A DNA stretch of 64,000 bases from Octopus bimaculoides (lineage: Eukaryota). The first letter of the stretch is position 1, and every line of letters starts with the position of its first letter. A program made the translations under genes and the position numbers. The notes beneath the pieces were generated by a model. That model worked only from the letters and a program-made list of their open reading frames with translations. It was not told the DNA's origin and did not search any database. Location of the stretch: positions 99,139,552-99,203,551 of the forward strand of contig NC_068984.1 of the NCBI RefSeq assembly GCF_001194135.2, written 5' to 3'. Positions 1-11,499 of this stretch are shown piece by piece.

Positions 1-132
1 AAGGAAGAATAAACAAAACCATTTTGACTTAGCCAGACCATACAGGATAGTAAATAATTCTAAGCAGATTTTTAACTGTCAGTGATTTTATTTGTTTTTT
101 TGTTTCTGATTTATGGACTATTCTATCAGACC

Positions 133-169
<37 letters not shown>

Positions 170-190
170 ATATACACATACATATGCACA

Positions 191-350
191 ATGACCTTCT
201 TTCAGATTCCATCTACTAAATTCTACTCACAAGGTTTTGGTTGGCTTGAAGCTATAATAAAGGACACTTGTGCAAGGTGCCATGCAGTGGGACTGAACCT
301 GGGACCACATGGTTGGAAAGCAATCTTCTTACCACACAGCCATGCCTGCA
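191..350 (-). mobile_element. tRNA-derived SINE family A, 5' head fragment
   Basis: Reverse complement reads gcaggcatggctgtgtggtaagaag...ggttcagtcccactgcatggcacc...; matches heads at 35453, 61105 and 7000-7150; adjoins a (TA)n tract. Confidence 0.85.
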
Positions 351-419
351 CCTAATTATATAATATAATATAACTAAACTAGTGACCAGCAACAGTGATA
401 GAATAATAAGTTTCATTAC

Positions 420-535
420 CACCATGGACTGAAATATTTTTTAGTAAAATTTCTTTTCAGATCACTGTCAATAGAAAAATTAGTGTCCAGATATTGGACA
501 CTTCCAGCATATTCTATTCTATTCAACTACAGCAG
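420..535. other. Candidate host-gene exon, strand unresolved
   Basis: Minus: ttttctacctgctgtag|526..420|gtaatg, open as LNRIEYAGSVQYLDTNFSIDSDLKRNFTKKYFSPW. Plus: tttcttttcag|461..535|gtagaa, open in two frames. No homology recognised. Confidence 0.25.
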
Positions 536-977
536 GTAGAAAATCACTGAGAGAGACACTACCTCTATTCAATGGTGGAAGTGGCACCACATGCCTGTCT
601 GTGTGTATAATTGATATGTATGTACATCAAAGTAATAAATTGTTAAGTAGGAATCATTTATCCATTCGCAGACATAAGTCTGCCTGTATCAAGTGCCAGC
701 TCAAAGAAGTGCAAAATTTACAGTGAATCAGTAATTACCAATACAGTATCAAGTTATATGTTCAACCACAGCTAAATGGTACAGATAAACTGCAAGCACA
801 TTGCCTAGTGGCTTGGCTTATTTTAAAAAATTTATCTCCAACATAAAAAGGGTTGCATTCTGAGAAACAAAGCATTTTCATTGAAATATAAAGAATTTCA
901 ACTAAGTGGCTATGTATGATATATATATATATATGTGTGTGAAAATGAATGTCGTTATTAGAGTTCTATATGCCCAC

Positions 978-1250
978 GGGCATATGGCATAGTGGTTAAG
1001 AGTGCGGGCTACTAATCCCAAGATTCCGAGTTCAATTCCAAGCAGTGACCTGAATAATAATAATAATAATAATAATAACAATAATAATAACAACAACAAC
1101 ATCGAAAAATACCTTAGGAATGAGCAGGTTCAAAATTTCCCCAAAATACCTGATGAAGGCTGGAGGGTATATCAGCTGAAACGTTGTGTTAACAACAAAC
1201 AAGTTGAGGACAAATATCCGTCAATTGTAAATAATGTGAATGTCATTGTA
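978..1250 (+). mobile_element. Composite element: tRNA-like Pol III head + (AAT/AAC)n + Penelope-like tail carrying a hammerhead motif
   Basis: A box TGGCATAGTGG 985-995, B box GAGTTCAATTCC 1028-1039, (AAT)n/(AAC)n 1053-1100, hammerhead core at 1150-1185. Confidence 0.7.
1145..1190 (+). ncRNA. Minimal type-I hammerhead ribozyme motif (palindromic stem III)
   Basis: Stem I AATAC(1145-49)/GTGTT(1186-90); CTGATGA 1150-56; extra A; stem II GGCTG/CAGCT; GAAA 1178-81; AACGTT palindrome; cleavage triplet GTT 1183-85. Confidence 0.7.
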
Positions 1251-1283
1251 TTTGTTGATCTGTATTTTGACTTATGTAAGCAT

Positions 1284-1600
1284 GCATGGCTCAGTGGTAG
1301 TGAGGTAGTGAGTTCGATTCTTGGACTGGGCTGTGTGTTGTGTTCTTGAGCAAGACACTTTATTTCACATTGCCCTAATTCACTCATCTGTAGAAATGAG
1401 TTGTGACATCACTGGTGTGAAGCTGTACTGGCCTTTGCCATTCTCTTGGATAACACTGGTGGCATAGAGAGGGGAGGCTGGTATGCACGGGCAACTGCTG
1501 GTCTTCCATAAACAACCTAGCCTGGACTTATGCCTTAGAGGGGAACTTTCTTGGTGCAATTCCATGGTTATTCATGATAGAAGGAGGTCTTCACCCTTTT
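1284..1600 (+). mobile_element. tRNA-derived SINE family B (CORE-like central domain)
   Basis: gcatggctcagtgg...gagttcgattc head, ttgagcaagacactttatttcacattg...catctgtagaaatgag domain; homologous to the inverted copy at 19740-19960. Confidence 0.8.
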
Positions 1601-1674
1601 TTATGCATGTATAAGCATACGTTTGTATGTCTATATATGTATTTACACATATAATGCAGTCTAAAGAATGCTAA

Positions 1675-1724
<50 letters not shown>

Positions 1725-2011
1725 CATACATTCATGGATGCATACACACACACACGCACACACACACTCACACACACACACTCACACACACACATATGTA
1801 TATACAAACATTTTTTAATATATATATGTAAATTCAACATCATCATCACAAACATCCTCAATCTATATCTTCTCCCCTATTCAGGCATGGGTTGGATGAG
1901 ACATTTTATTGCAGTGCTTTAAAAACTGGTCTCTATCAAAGCTAGGACTCAAGTATTACTTAGTAAATTTTTTAAATGTCTCCTTATTCTCACTGTTTCT
2001 ACAGATTGAAG

Positions 2012-3011
2012 TATTATTATTATTATTGCTTCATATACACTCAACAGATTAGACTGTTGGAAAAGAAAAAATCCTAACGTCAAGCTACAACAAGTAAACT
2101 TAGATGTCAAGAATCCTCCTAAGTAACCTAGCTGTCCCTAATAACACTCTTTTCTGGAGCTGTACTAAACTGGGTTTTATGCCTATTTCCTCTATCCATC
2201 TGTTCAGATCTTTAGGGATAGTTCCCAATGCACCTATAACTACTGAGATACATTTTACCCACACTTTCCATAGTCTCTGTAATTCAATGGCTAGGTCCTG
2301 GTACTTTTCTATTTTTTCTATACTTCTCACATTAATGTTTTCATCATTTGGGACTGTAAAGTCTATTTTCTGGCATGTTCTATTCTCTTTACCTACCACT
2401 ACCAAATCAGGCCTTCTAGCTTCTATCACTCTGTCTGTCTGAATGTTGAAGTCCCACAACGTCTTATATTTCTTTTTCTAGTACTTTACTAGGTTCGTGT
2501 TCATATCATTTATCAGTATGTTCAAATCCTAGCTTTCTACATAGCCCCTAATGGATTACTTTCCCTAGATTGTCATGTATTTTCTTGTATTCTTTCTGTG
2601 CTAGCATACTACATTCACTTACTATGTGAGTAACGCTTTCCTCTTTTGATTTGCATAATCTACATTGGGAATCTACTTAATTTTTGTTTATCGTGACTTT
2701 TATCCAATTAGTCCTTGATGTTTGATCTTGTGCAGTTACTAACAAACTTACTGTCTCCCTCTTCAGCTTTCCTTTCTGCTACCATAACCATGTCTCACTA
2801 TTGCTATTTGCTGCAACTATCTTTGGGAATCTACCATGAAATGCCTTCTCCTGCCAGTTAGATAATTTCTGTTCTTTTTTCTGGTTTTTAACTTCGTTTG
2901 GGTTTTTAGTTTCTCTATGTCTTCTTGTGACTCTAGCAGCTTTTAATAAACTTTCTTCACTATTACCTACATAGGAGTCTATATCTACTCTAGCTAACTC
3001 CACACAGTCTT

Positions 3012-3012
<1 letters not shown>
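2012..3012 (-). mobile_element. R4/Dong-type non-LTR retrotransposon, 5'-truncated 3' end (CCHC knuckle + restriction-like endonuclease)
   Basis: Minus frames give VEDCVELARV...WQEKAFHGRF..., CRLC...ESVTHIVSECSMLAQKEY...HD and WDFNIQTDRVIEARRPDLVVV...IDF.VP.D.N...EKIEKYQDLAIELQRLW (ORF 2100-2459); (AAT)n tail at 2012-2027. Confidence 0.85.
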
Positions 3013-3094
<82 letters not shown>

Positions 3095-3159
3095 ACTGCA
3101 ACTGCTGCTGCTGCTGCCGCTGCTGCTGCCGCCGCCGCCACCACCACCACAACCACCAC
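3011..3159. repeat. Compound trinucleotide microsatellite (TAC)n-(TGC)n-(GCC)n-(CAC)n
   Basis: Directly visible. Confidence 0.95.
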
Positions 3160-3200
3160 AGTTTTATATCGATATTAAAATTCATCCTAATTTTTTACAG

Positions 3201-3303
3201 TGTTGTGCATTCTTTGTATTATTTTGCAAACCATCCAAACAACAAGAAGAATTTAATAATGGATAAAGCAGCAGGTGAATCACATGGAATTTGTAGAATA
3301 CAA
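3201..3303 (+). other. Candidate host-gene exon
   Basis: Branch-like cctaat, then ttttttacag acceptor; open frame VVHSLYYFANHPNNKKNLIMDKAAG(ESHGICRIQ); donor at 3275 (gtgaat) or 3304 (gttagc). Confidence 0.3.
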
Positions 3304-3439
3304 GTTAGCTGTTCTCTTTCTTTACCTGAAAACCATTGATATATCAGGCTTTTACATATAAACATTTAGTAATAAACAATTGCACCAATGATGACAGGTA
3401 CAAATGTAAATTTATAATATATATGGTTTGTAATATTTA

Positions 3440-4125
3440 AGCAACATTTGTATAAGTTTTGACTTCAAATCCTAGCAAGACCCTTTTTGCTTTTCATTCT
3501 TTTAAGTTTAGATTCTTCATAATTCAGACAAGTGCTTTGCAGTGATTACTTTGGCTTATAATATTTTGACCAAATTCTGTTATGGTCAACATTGCCTTTC
3601 ATCTTTCTAGGATTGATAAAATAAAGTACCAGTGAAGTACCAGGGTTCATATAATTGACCAATGTCCCCATCTCCCTCAGATTTGGTCTTGTGCCTATGT
3701 TAGAAATAATTTTTTAAAGGGTAACAGATTGGCAGGATCATTAAAGATTCAAATAAAATGCCTTATCATTAGCATACCTGATAAAATGCTTTGTGGAATT
3801 TTGTCTGTTTCCATGATCTGAATTCAAATTCCACTGAGGTCAACTTAGCCTTTCATCCTTTCAGGGTTGATAAAATAAGTACCTGTTAAGCACTGGGGTC
3901 ACTGCAACCGACTTATTACTTCATCTGAAATTGCAGGCTTTGTGCTACAATTTGAAATCAATATCTATTCTGGCATTTTAGGTTCTGAAATCAAATTCTG
4001 AAAAGGTCTACTTTACTTTTCGTTACCCTGAGTTTGATGAAATGCAGTACCAGTCAAGCACTGGAATCAAGGTTATTGACTAACCTCAAAACCTCTGGCC
4101 TTATGCCTAAACTAGAATCAATTAC
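3440..4125 (+). mobile_element. Cluster of ~4 degenerate same-orientation SINE family C copies
   Basis: Repeated ttcaaatt...gcctttcatc...gataaaataagtacc...ttgtgcct...agaa modules at ~3460, 3570, 3820, 3990. Confidence 0.7.
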
Positions 4126-4899
4126 TAGCATTGGTGCAATGTATGTATGTATGTATGTATGTATGCATGTATGTATGGATGGATGAATGGATGGATGGAT
4201 GGCTGTATATACGTATGTGTGGGTGTGTTGAACAAAATGTCTTCACCAGGGTATTGAGGAGTGTAAAATCACTTCTTCGTCACAATTGTTCCCTGCTCTA
4301 CCCTAACCCAGATAGTAGCATTCATCAGGGTCCCAGCTATGGGTTAACCAGCATATTTAATGACAATCCACCTGGGCACAGAGATGCAGAAATATCCTTA
4401 GCTGGTGTCAGGGCTCACTAAAATCACCAGGAAAGAGGGAGACCCCTAGCTGTTGTCACAGCATTCTTCTAGGAGAGGAACAATCTGATGTAAAATTTGA
4501 GGTTCCACATGATTACTGACCATCTCACTTCAGCCTGTCACCAGGTACTAATGGAGACTCAGAGAGAGGTATTCATACAGTACAAGGGTTTATCCCTATA
4601 ATCCAATGACATACTAGTGTTTCTTTATGGTGACCTTATTTGTTGTTCAGTCTACAGAAAGTCCCATAGTAATGGAAGAGTGGTGACATGTGCTGATCCT
4701 ACCAGTTGGAAGTACACAATAAATTACAACTTTCATCTGTCATCCTTGCTTCAAGTCATGCAGATCTGCAATGGCACTGGACAGTCATCTGAGAAGTCAT
4801 GTATGGAAAGTCAGAAATGCTAATGACAGCAAGGAAGCAGAAGAAGATGGCAATCATCAGGGAATATGGAGCAATTACCATGGATGTATGCCTCAATGC

Positions 4900-5098
4900 A
4901 CATGTGTGTGTGTGTGTCTGTGTTTGTGTTTGTCTCCCACCACCACTTGGCAACCAGTGGTTTGGCAAAAGTACCAATAGAACAAGTACTTGGCTTAGAA
5001 AAGTAAAAAGTACTGGGGTTGATTTGTTCAACTAAACAACTTTAAGGTGATGCTCCAGTATGGCTGCAGTATAATGAGCTAAACGAGTAAAAAAATAA
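4900..5098 (+). mobile_element. SINE family A, 3' half
   Basis: gtgtttgtctccc...ggcaaaag...aagtactggggttgatttgttcaacta...gctccagtatggctgcagt tail. Confidence 0.75.
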
Positions 5099-5789
5099 GT
5101 TTTGGTAAGAGGAAAGACTTAGTTGATAATTCCAAATGTTTACCTGTATTATTCAAACAAGAATTAGAATAGAACTAGGTGATGGTGATGACGATGGTGC
5201 ATGTTGGAACAAAAACAATCAGCAAGAGCATATTATTATTATTTTATACCTGCATAATATTTGCAAGAACAGGATTATATTTCCAAGTGAAAGCTACAGT
5301 ATTGTCAATAGAATATTATGTTTATCAACACCTGAATTCATTTCTTGCTATGGCGATAAATGTCCAACTGATCTTACAAAATTCCAAGAATTTCTCACAG
5401 GTGTGCAACAGTAAAATTTGGAAGGAATTTCGTTGTCTTTTTTGTTTTTAAATTATTGATTTTTTTCCCCTTTTCTTTTGTTATCTCCAATGAAACAGAA
5501 GCCATTCTTTGAAAGACAAATTAAATTTTTATTAGTTTTTTTTCTCTTTATTAAATTATCTTGATTTTTTTTTTTAGTTAGTTAACGTTTTTATATTTTA
5601 AATGAATAAATGAAAAAAATTCAAAAGTTAATTCATTAATTTTCTAATCCATGTGAACTGTTTAATGAGAATTGCAAAATTAAAGAATTAATGATTTTGC
5701 AAAATAAAAAAAAAGGAAAAGGAGAGAGAAGAAAAAAGAAATAAGGTACAAGGTTAAAATAAAATATAAAACATTACCATTACTTATAA

Positions 5790-6120
5790 TGAAAGTTAAT
5801 AATGGTGATGATGATGATGATCATAATGTTGCTGCTGCTGCAACTCATGATGACAATGATGAGCATGAAATAAAGATGATGATGACGATGACAGTGACTA
5901 TGATGACAAGAGTTACGATAATGAAGGTTGATGACGACAATGATGATGATGATAACAATTATGCAGCAGCTGCAGCTGATGATGATGAGCATGAAATGAT
6001 GATCATGATCATGGTCATGATGACGATGACAATGATGACAAGAATTATGATAATGATGACAGTGGTAAATAATGGAAGTTGATGACAATACAGATGGTGA
6101 TGATGATGACAATGATGATT
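5790..6120. repeat. (GAT)n-rich low-complexity region with ~126-bp internal duplication
   Basis: gagcatgaaat at 5861 and 5987, each with a similar preceding (GCT/GCA) run. Confidence 0.7.
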
Positions 6121-6419
6121 TGAAACAGTAACCAAATACTAAATATTCAATCTAATCCAATCATTCTGGAATTTTACAGATGAAATTTAGTCTGATGACA
6201 TCAAATAACTCATTAAACTATCACAGTACTTTCATCAGCATCAGCATTAGAACTACCACCAATACCATCATCATCGACGTCACCACCACCGCTACAATCA
6301 CCACAACCATCACCAACATCACAATATCATCATCATCATCATCATCATCATTTCCATTATCATCATTAACAACAATAGCAAAGACAATATCATCATCAAC
6401 ACCATCATTAGCATAATAT

Positions 6420-6650
6420 TGGTTTCCAATTTTCACACAAAGCCAGCAATATCAGGGCACAGGGTAAGTTAATTACATTGATCCCCTGGTACTCAAATGA
6501 TACTTATTTTATTGACCCTGAAATGATGAAAGGCAAAGTTGACCTCAGCAGAATTTGAACTCAGAACATTGAAATGGACAAAAAGCCGCTAAGTATTTTG
6601 CCTGGTGTGCTAACGATTCTGCCAGCTCACCAACTTGGTTATTAGCATAA
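6420..6650 (-). mobile_element. SINE family C (Deu/Nin-like gcctttcatcctt...gataaa...aagtacc domain)
   Basis: tttcacacaaagccagcaat...ttgaccctgaaatgatgaaaggcaaagttgacctcagcagaatttgaactcagaac...gattctgccagctcacc. Confidence 0.8.
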
Positions 6651-6723
6651 TACTGAATACCATATTCTTTAAGCTAATAATATATCTTCTGTAGTAGAAA
6701 TAGCAGCTAAATTATACTGAAAT

Positions 6724-7150
6724 ACTCTTTTACTCTTTACTCTTTTACTTGTTTCAGTCATTTGACAGTGGCCATGCTGGAGCACTGCCTTTTAGTCGAG
6801 CTAATTGACCCCAGGACTTATTCATTGTAAGCCTAGTACTTATTCTATCGGTCTCTTTTGCCGAACCGCTAAGTTACGGGGACGTAAACACACCAGCATC
6901 GGTTGTCAAGCAATGTTGGGGGGACAAACACAAACACACAAACATATATACACATACACACATATATATATATATATACATATATACGATGGGTTTCTTT
7001 CAGTTTCTGTCTACCAAATCCACTCACAAGGCTTTGGTCGGCCAGAGGCTATAGTAGAAGACACTTGCCCAAGGTGCCACGCTGTGGGACTGAACCCAGA
7101 ACCATGTGGTTCATATGCAAGCTACTTACCACACAGCCACTCCTACGCCT
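6724..7150 (-). mobile_element. SINE family A, full length with internal (CA)/(TA) microsatellite
   Basis: Head 7000-7150, internal microsatellite 6925-6985, tail gtgctccagcatggccac.gtcaaatgactgaaacaagtaaaagag at 6724-6790. Confidence 0.9.
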
Positions 7151-7989
7151 ACCATCAATTTTTTTTTTAAAAGTGAAGCACACTTCAGCTCCTTTAATCT
7201 TAGGTATACTATGTTTGAAAAACATGCCACCACTGTCTTATTGAAACATTTTTAATTACAGAGACTAATTACTTAGACACACCATCCACACGAACAAAGG
7301 ATAGTTAAGATAGAGATAAGATGTGTAATGTAGTGAACATGCTGTGAACATCACAGTACTATCATCAGCATCACCATTGGAACCACCACCACCAACACCA
7401 TCATCATCGACATCACCACCACTGCTACAATCACCACAGCCATCACAATACCATCATCATCATCAAGTAGCTGCAAACTGAAGTTCTTACTCACTCAACC
7501 ATGCTTGTGCCTTTGTATAATATTGTACATGAAGTGGCATGAAAAATTAGCTTAATTAGAAGACATAAATCCCAAGTACTCAGAGACACCATGTGCATGT
7601 AAAGTAATAGTTAAGCAAGTGCAAACATCTGTAAAATAATGAGCAACAAATTATTAAAATAGTGATCGGTCATTGAACTAATGTTGTCTTTTTCTCACCT
7701 CACAATCATTTTTAATTAGTTTTTGGATGCTCAAAACAATCAATGTGTTAACATTAAATCTTTGATCATAAATCTTCTTGATTAAGGCTGACCTGATGCT
7801 AATCGACCACATCAACAACATCAGCATCATCACGAGCCACTCATATAGCCATACTGCATACAGCTGTATTCAGTTATGAAGTGAGAGCATAGAATAGCAA
7901 TAACATTCCTGAAATAATAATAATGATAATGATGATGATGATGATGAATATGATGGTGGTGGTGGTGGTGATGATGATGATGATGATTA

Positions 7990-8030
<41 letters not shown>

Positions 8031-8795
8031 ATTCTGCTTGCAATTGTGTTACTTAGCCTGTTGGTAGCACTTTCATGTGATTAGAGAAGAAGAGGGAGAG
8101 AAAAAGAGGGAAGGAGAAAAAGAGGGAGGGAGAAGCGTCCATGACATGAGGTAGGGGGAATGTAATATTTATTATGTGGTTAAAATAGTTAGTTGAAGGT
8201 AGAGGAGGAGAGTTTAAAATATAATTTTAGCAGAGGAGTGATGTTCTGATGGTGAAGTTAAAGAAAGGCACACAGAGAGGGGAGGGAGAGTAGGAAAGAA
8301 ATGATAATGGTATTGGTGGTGGTGGTTGGTGATGGTGGTGATTGGATAGTGAAAAGTGTTCTCTTTTTTTATTGAACTAAGTTTTTTTATATCACCTATC
8401 ACTTAACGCATGCGCATAAGAGCAATTCCGTGAAATATTCATGCTTATTTACATGGCAGTTATATGGTGCAATTTAACTAAAGGATGTATCATATGTACA
8501 GGATTTTTTTTTGTTTATGGGAAAATTTGAAAATAAGAATGAATATTTATTTTATGAGTGCTGTGTATTAAGCTTATAAAATTGTGGATAAAGTATATAA
8601 AGTGTATATATAAAGTGCATTAAGTAATCATTGCATTCCAGTTTCTTTCCTTTTTTTAATGAGTAGCAGATGAGTGACTATTTTACCATACAGACACAAC
8701 ACAAGCTATGCTTTCAGGTATTTTGGATAAAGTTTTTCAGAAATAATCCAATAGGTTTACCATTAATTCTGTGAAATATTCATGGGTCCTGCTAG

Positions 8796-8847
<52 letters not shown>

Positions 8848-8903
8848 GAGAGAGCAATGCATGCCATCAAAATGACACTGGAGTACAAAAAATATGAAGC
8901 CCA

Positions 8904-9036
8904 ATATACACATCATAACTACCTGTCTGATAATGGTACACCAGTCATATGCATCACAACCATATATACACATATACACATCATAACTACCTGTCTGATA
9001 ATGGTACACCAGTCATATGCATCACAACCATATATG
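8904..9036. repeat. 68-bp near-perfect tandem duplication
   Basis: catcataactacctgtctgataatggtacaccagtcatatgcatcacaaccatatat begins at 8911 and 8979. Confidence 0.9.
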
Positions 9037-9154
9037 TGTGACATGGGGGTCTCATATCAAAATAAACAATGCATGACCTTGCAGGTGGGGCCCAGTAAGA
9101 ATTTTCTTCAGGTCGAGTAGCTCGTCCTGCTTTATCATTATTATTTTTAATGTG

Positions 9155-9337
9155 GTGAGCCGGCATAATCGTTAGCATGCTGGGCAAAATACTTAGCCGT
9201 ATTTCGTCCATCTTTACATTCTGAGTTCAAATTCCGTCAAGGTCAACTTTGCTTCTCATCCTTTCAAGGTCGATAAATTAAGTACCAGTTATGCTCTGGG
9301 TACTTAAATTTCAGGTCTTGTGCCTATAGTAGGAAGG

Positions 9338-9370
<33 letters not shown>
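9155..9370 (+). mobile_element. SINE family C with (ATT)n tail
   Basis: ggtgagccggcataatcgttagcatgctgggc...ttctgagttcaaattcc...catcctttcaaggtcgataaattaagtacc...ttgtgcctatagtaggaaggattatt. Confidence 0.85.
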
Positions 9371-9932
9371 TGCTGCAGAATTCATCAGATGTATTTTGAA
9401 CATGCTGTGTAAGTATGGTCTTGAAAGGACATTGAAATAATATGAGCATAAACCAAAAGGTGTCATCAAGGATGAGTGTTAGCTCTTATGGGATTTTATA
9501 ATGCAATGTGATTCAGTGATTGATGCTCCAGACATTGTTGTCATTGATAAAATGAAGAAGGAAATCAAGATCATATTTGGGTATGTACGAGTGGCTGATA
9601 AAGAAGTGGAAAAGATTGAGAAATACAAGCCACTAAAAAATGAGAGTGCACAAATATGGGCAATGAAAAAAGTAGCTGTCATCCCAGTAGTTGTAAGGGC
9701 ATGGGGGAATTGACAACCAGGTTTGAGAAATTTGTCGGGGAAACTGAGATTGACATGATGGTAGAATATGCTCAAAAAACTGCTTTAGTGGGGACAGTGA
9801 GCATTTTGAGATTGGTACTTGGGTGTTAAGTATCATGGAAGAAGACTTTGCGAGATCATCCACTCTTACACAATTAGCTGGAGCAGTAAAATTGAGAGCT
9901 CTGAGAAGTGAAATGACAATAATAATAATAAT
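9371..9932 (+). mobile_element. R4/Dong-type retrotransposon 3' end (RLE domain), degenerate
   Basis: YEHKPKGV...LWDF.MQCDSVIDAPDIVVIDKMKKEIKII...KEVEKIEKYKPLKNE..QIW.MKKV.VIPVVV...QKTALVGT..ILRLVLG; ends in (AAT)n 9918-9932. Confidence 0.75.
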
Positions 9933-10265
9933 GGTTTCTGATTTAAGCACAAGAGAAATAATTTGAAGAGCAGGGTTAAAGTGATACCACTGATCTCAAT
10001 ACATGGCTGATACTTTATTTTATAGGCTCTAGAGAGATGAAAGGCAATGTTGACTGTTACATAATTTGAACTCAGAACATAAAGAGTCAGAATGAATATC
10101 ACAACACTCCAATGTATCTGCCAACTTGTTACCTTTAAATAATTGTTTCTATAAGCACAAGGTCTGAAATTTAGGAGATGAGCAGTTAATTAAATCAATG
10201 CTGGTACGTTGTTTTTATCTACCAGGAGAGATGAGAGACAAAGTTGACACTTGTAGAACTTGGAC
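9933..10265 (-). mobile_element. Two degenerate SINE family C copies
   Basis: aagcacaag...gatgaaaggcaatgttgac...tttgaactcagaac modules at 9940-10130 and 10150-10262. Confidence 0.6.
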
Positions 10266-11499
10266 CAAGTAAAACAGGTCTCTAGAAACTTTTGTAGCAG
10301 CAGTCTCAGATTAGATCAATGTGAGACATTTTTTCCACAGACTAGAGGGATCACGCACATAACAAAATACAATAAAATGTATAATACATAATATAATTAC
10401 TATAGATGTAGTATATTTGCATTGTTCTCCAGAAAATCACTGTAAATCACTGGCAGATATGTTTTTTCCCCCAAAAATTGAAAATATCTCTGCTCACATA
10501 TAGAACCGATAGCATCCTTATGCATTATCTGTAATAGAGTGTTTTAGCTGGGGTATATAATAGAATTTATTTATTTCACACAGAGAACGTATCCTTCATG
10601 ATATTGTCAGAAGTATATGGTAAAATTTTTGATTTGTCTACTTAAGAAATGAAAGTATTCACTTGTTAAACATAAAACTGAATGTTTAACTGACCAAATG
10701 TAGTGACAACTGAAATAACTGTTGTTTACTACCACACAGAAAAATACTTTGACTAGACACGTGCTTCAAAGTGTACCAAATTTTTCGACTATATCAACAC
10801 GTGGTTTTTCAGCAAATACTTTTTTTCTTCTGGGATAATTTTCGATTGTGAAATCTTTCTCTAAAAAAGTTTTGAAAAAAATCCCTTGTGAATGAATGAA
10901 CACAAGTTAAGTAAGTACAGCTATTTGAAATATTGCTGATCCTAAGATCCCCAAATCTGTAAATCGTCTACATAAGTATCTCTCTCGCACCAACAAGGTA
11001 AGGTAATTTTTAGATGTCTCTAATTACATGTAAATTCTTCCTATTTCTCCCTCTCAAAAATCTCTATTTCATATTTCATAATTATTCTGCATATTATATT
11101 TCATCTACCTAATATATCTTATTCATTTTATTTAGCTTATTTCATCCTATTTACTTATCTAATAGCTTAAACATTTAATCAAAAACTCTTGGAAAACAAA
11201 CAGAACAACTTAGAATATCTCTATTCCGTATTTTATTATTACTCTCTGTATTATATTTTAATCTACTATAAATATACATATATATTTTTTGTTTATCGTA
11301 TTTTATCCTATTTCTGCCTCTGATCTTTCCTCTTCCTCTTCCTCTTCTCTTTTTTTTTTTTGTTATATTTCTATATAGTAAACATTCTCTTCTCTCAATT
11401 AGACTTTGTATTTGCTTTTTCTCTCTTTATCCCTTTCCTTTCTGTTATTTCTCTTTACTAAGTTAACATCCTTTCTTCTCAAATAATTGTATATTATGC

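Noticed and set aside
420-526. Myosin motor HYAGxVxY-like similarity (IEYAGSVQY)
   Set aside because: The conserved His and downstream FLxKN are absent; the match is too short to support
978-1052. Functional tRNA gene
   Set aside because: A/B boxes are present, but the acceptor and T stems have several mismatches and it runs into a simple-repeat tail; a SINE head fits better
5136-5414. 92-aa ORF as a host gene
   Set aside because: No recognisable motif, weak acceptor, and the start includes low-complexity sequence
7695-7862. Minus-strand exon (…IKKIYDQRFNVNTLIVLSIQKLIKNDCE|gtgaga)
   Set aside because: Good donor, but the best acceptor gives stops in all frames and part of the frame is (GAT)-like low complexity
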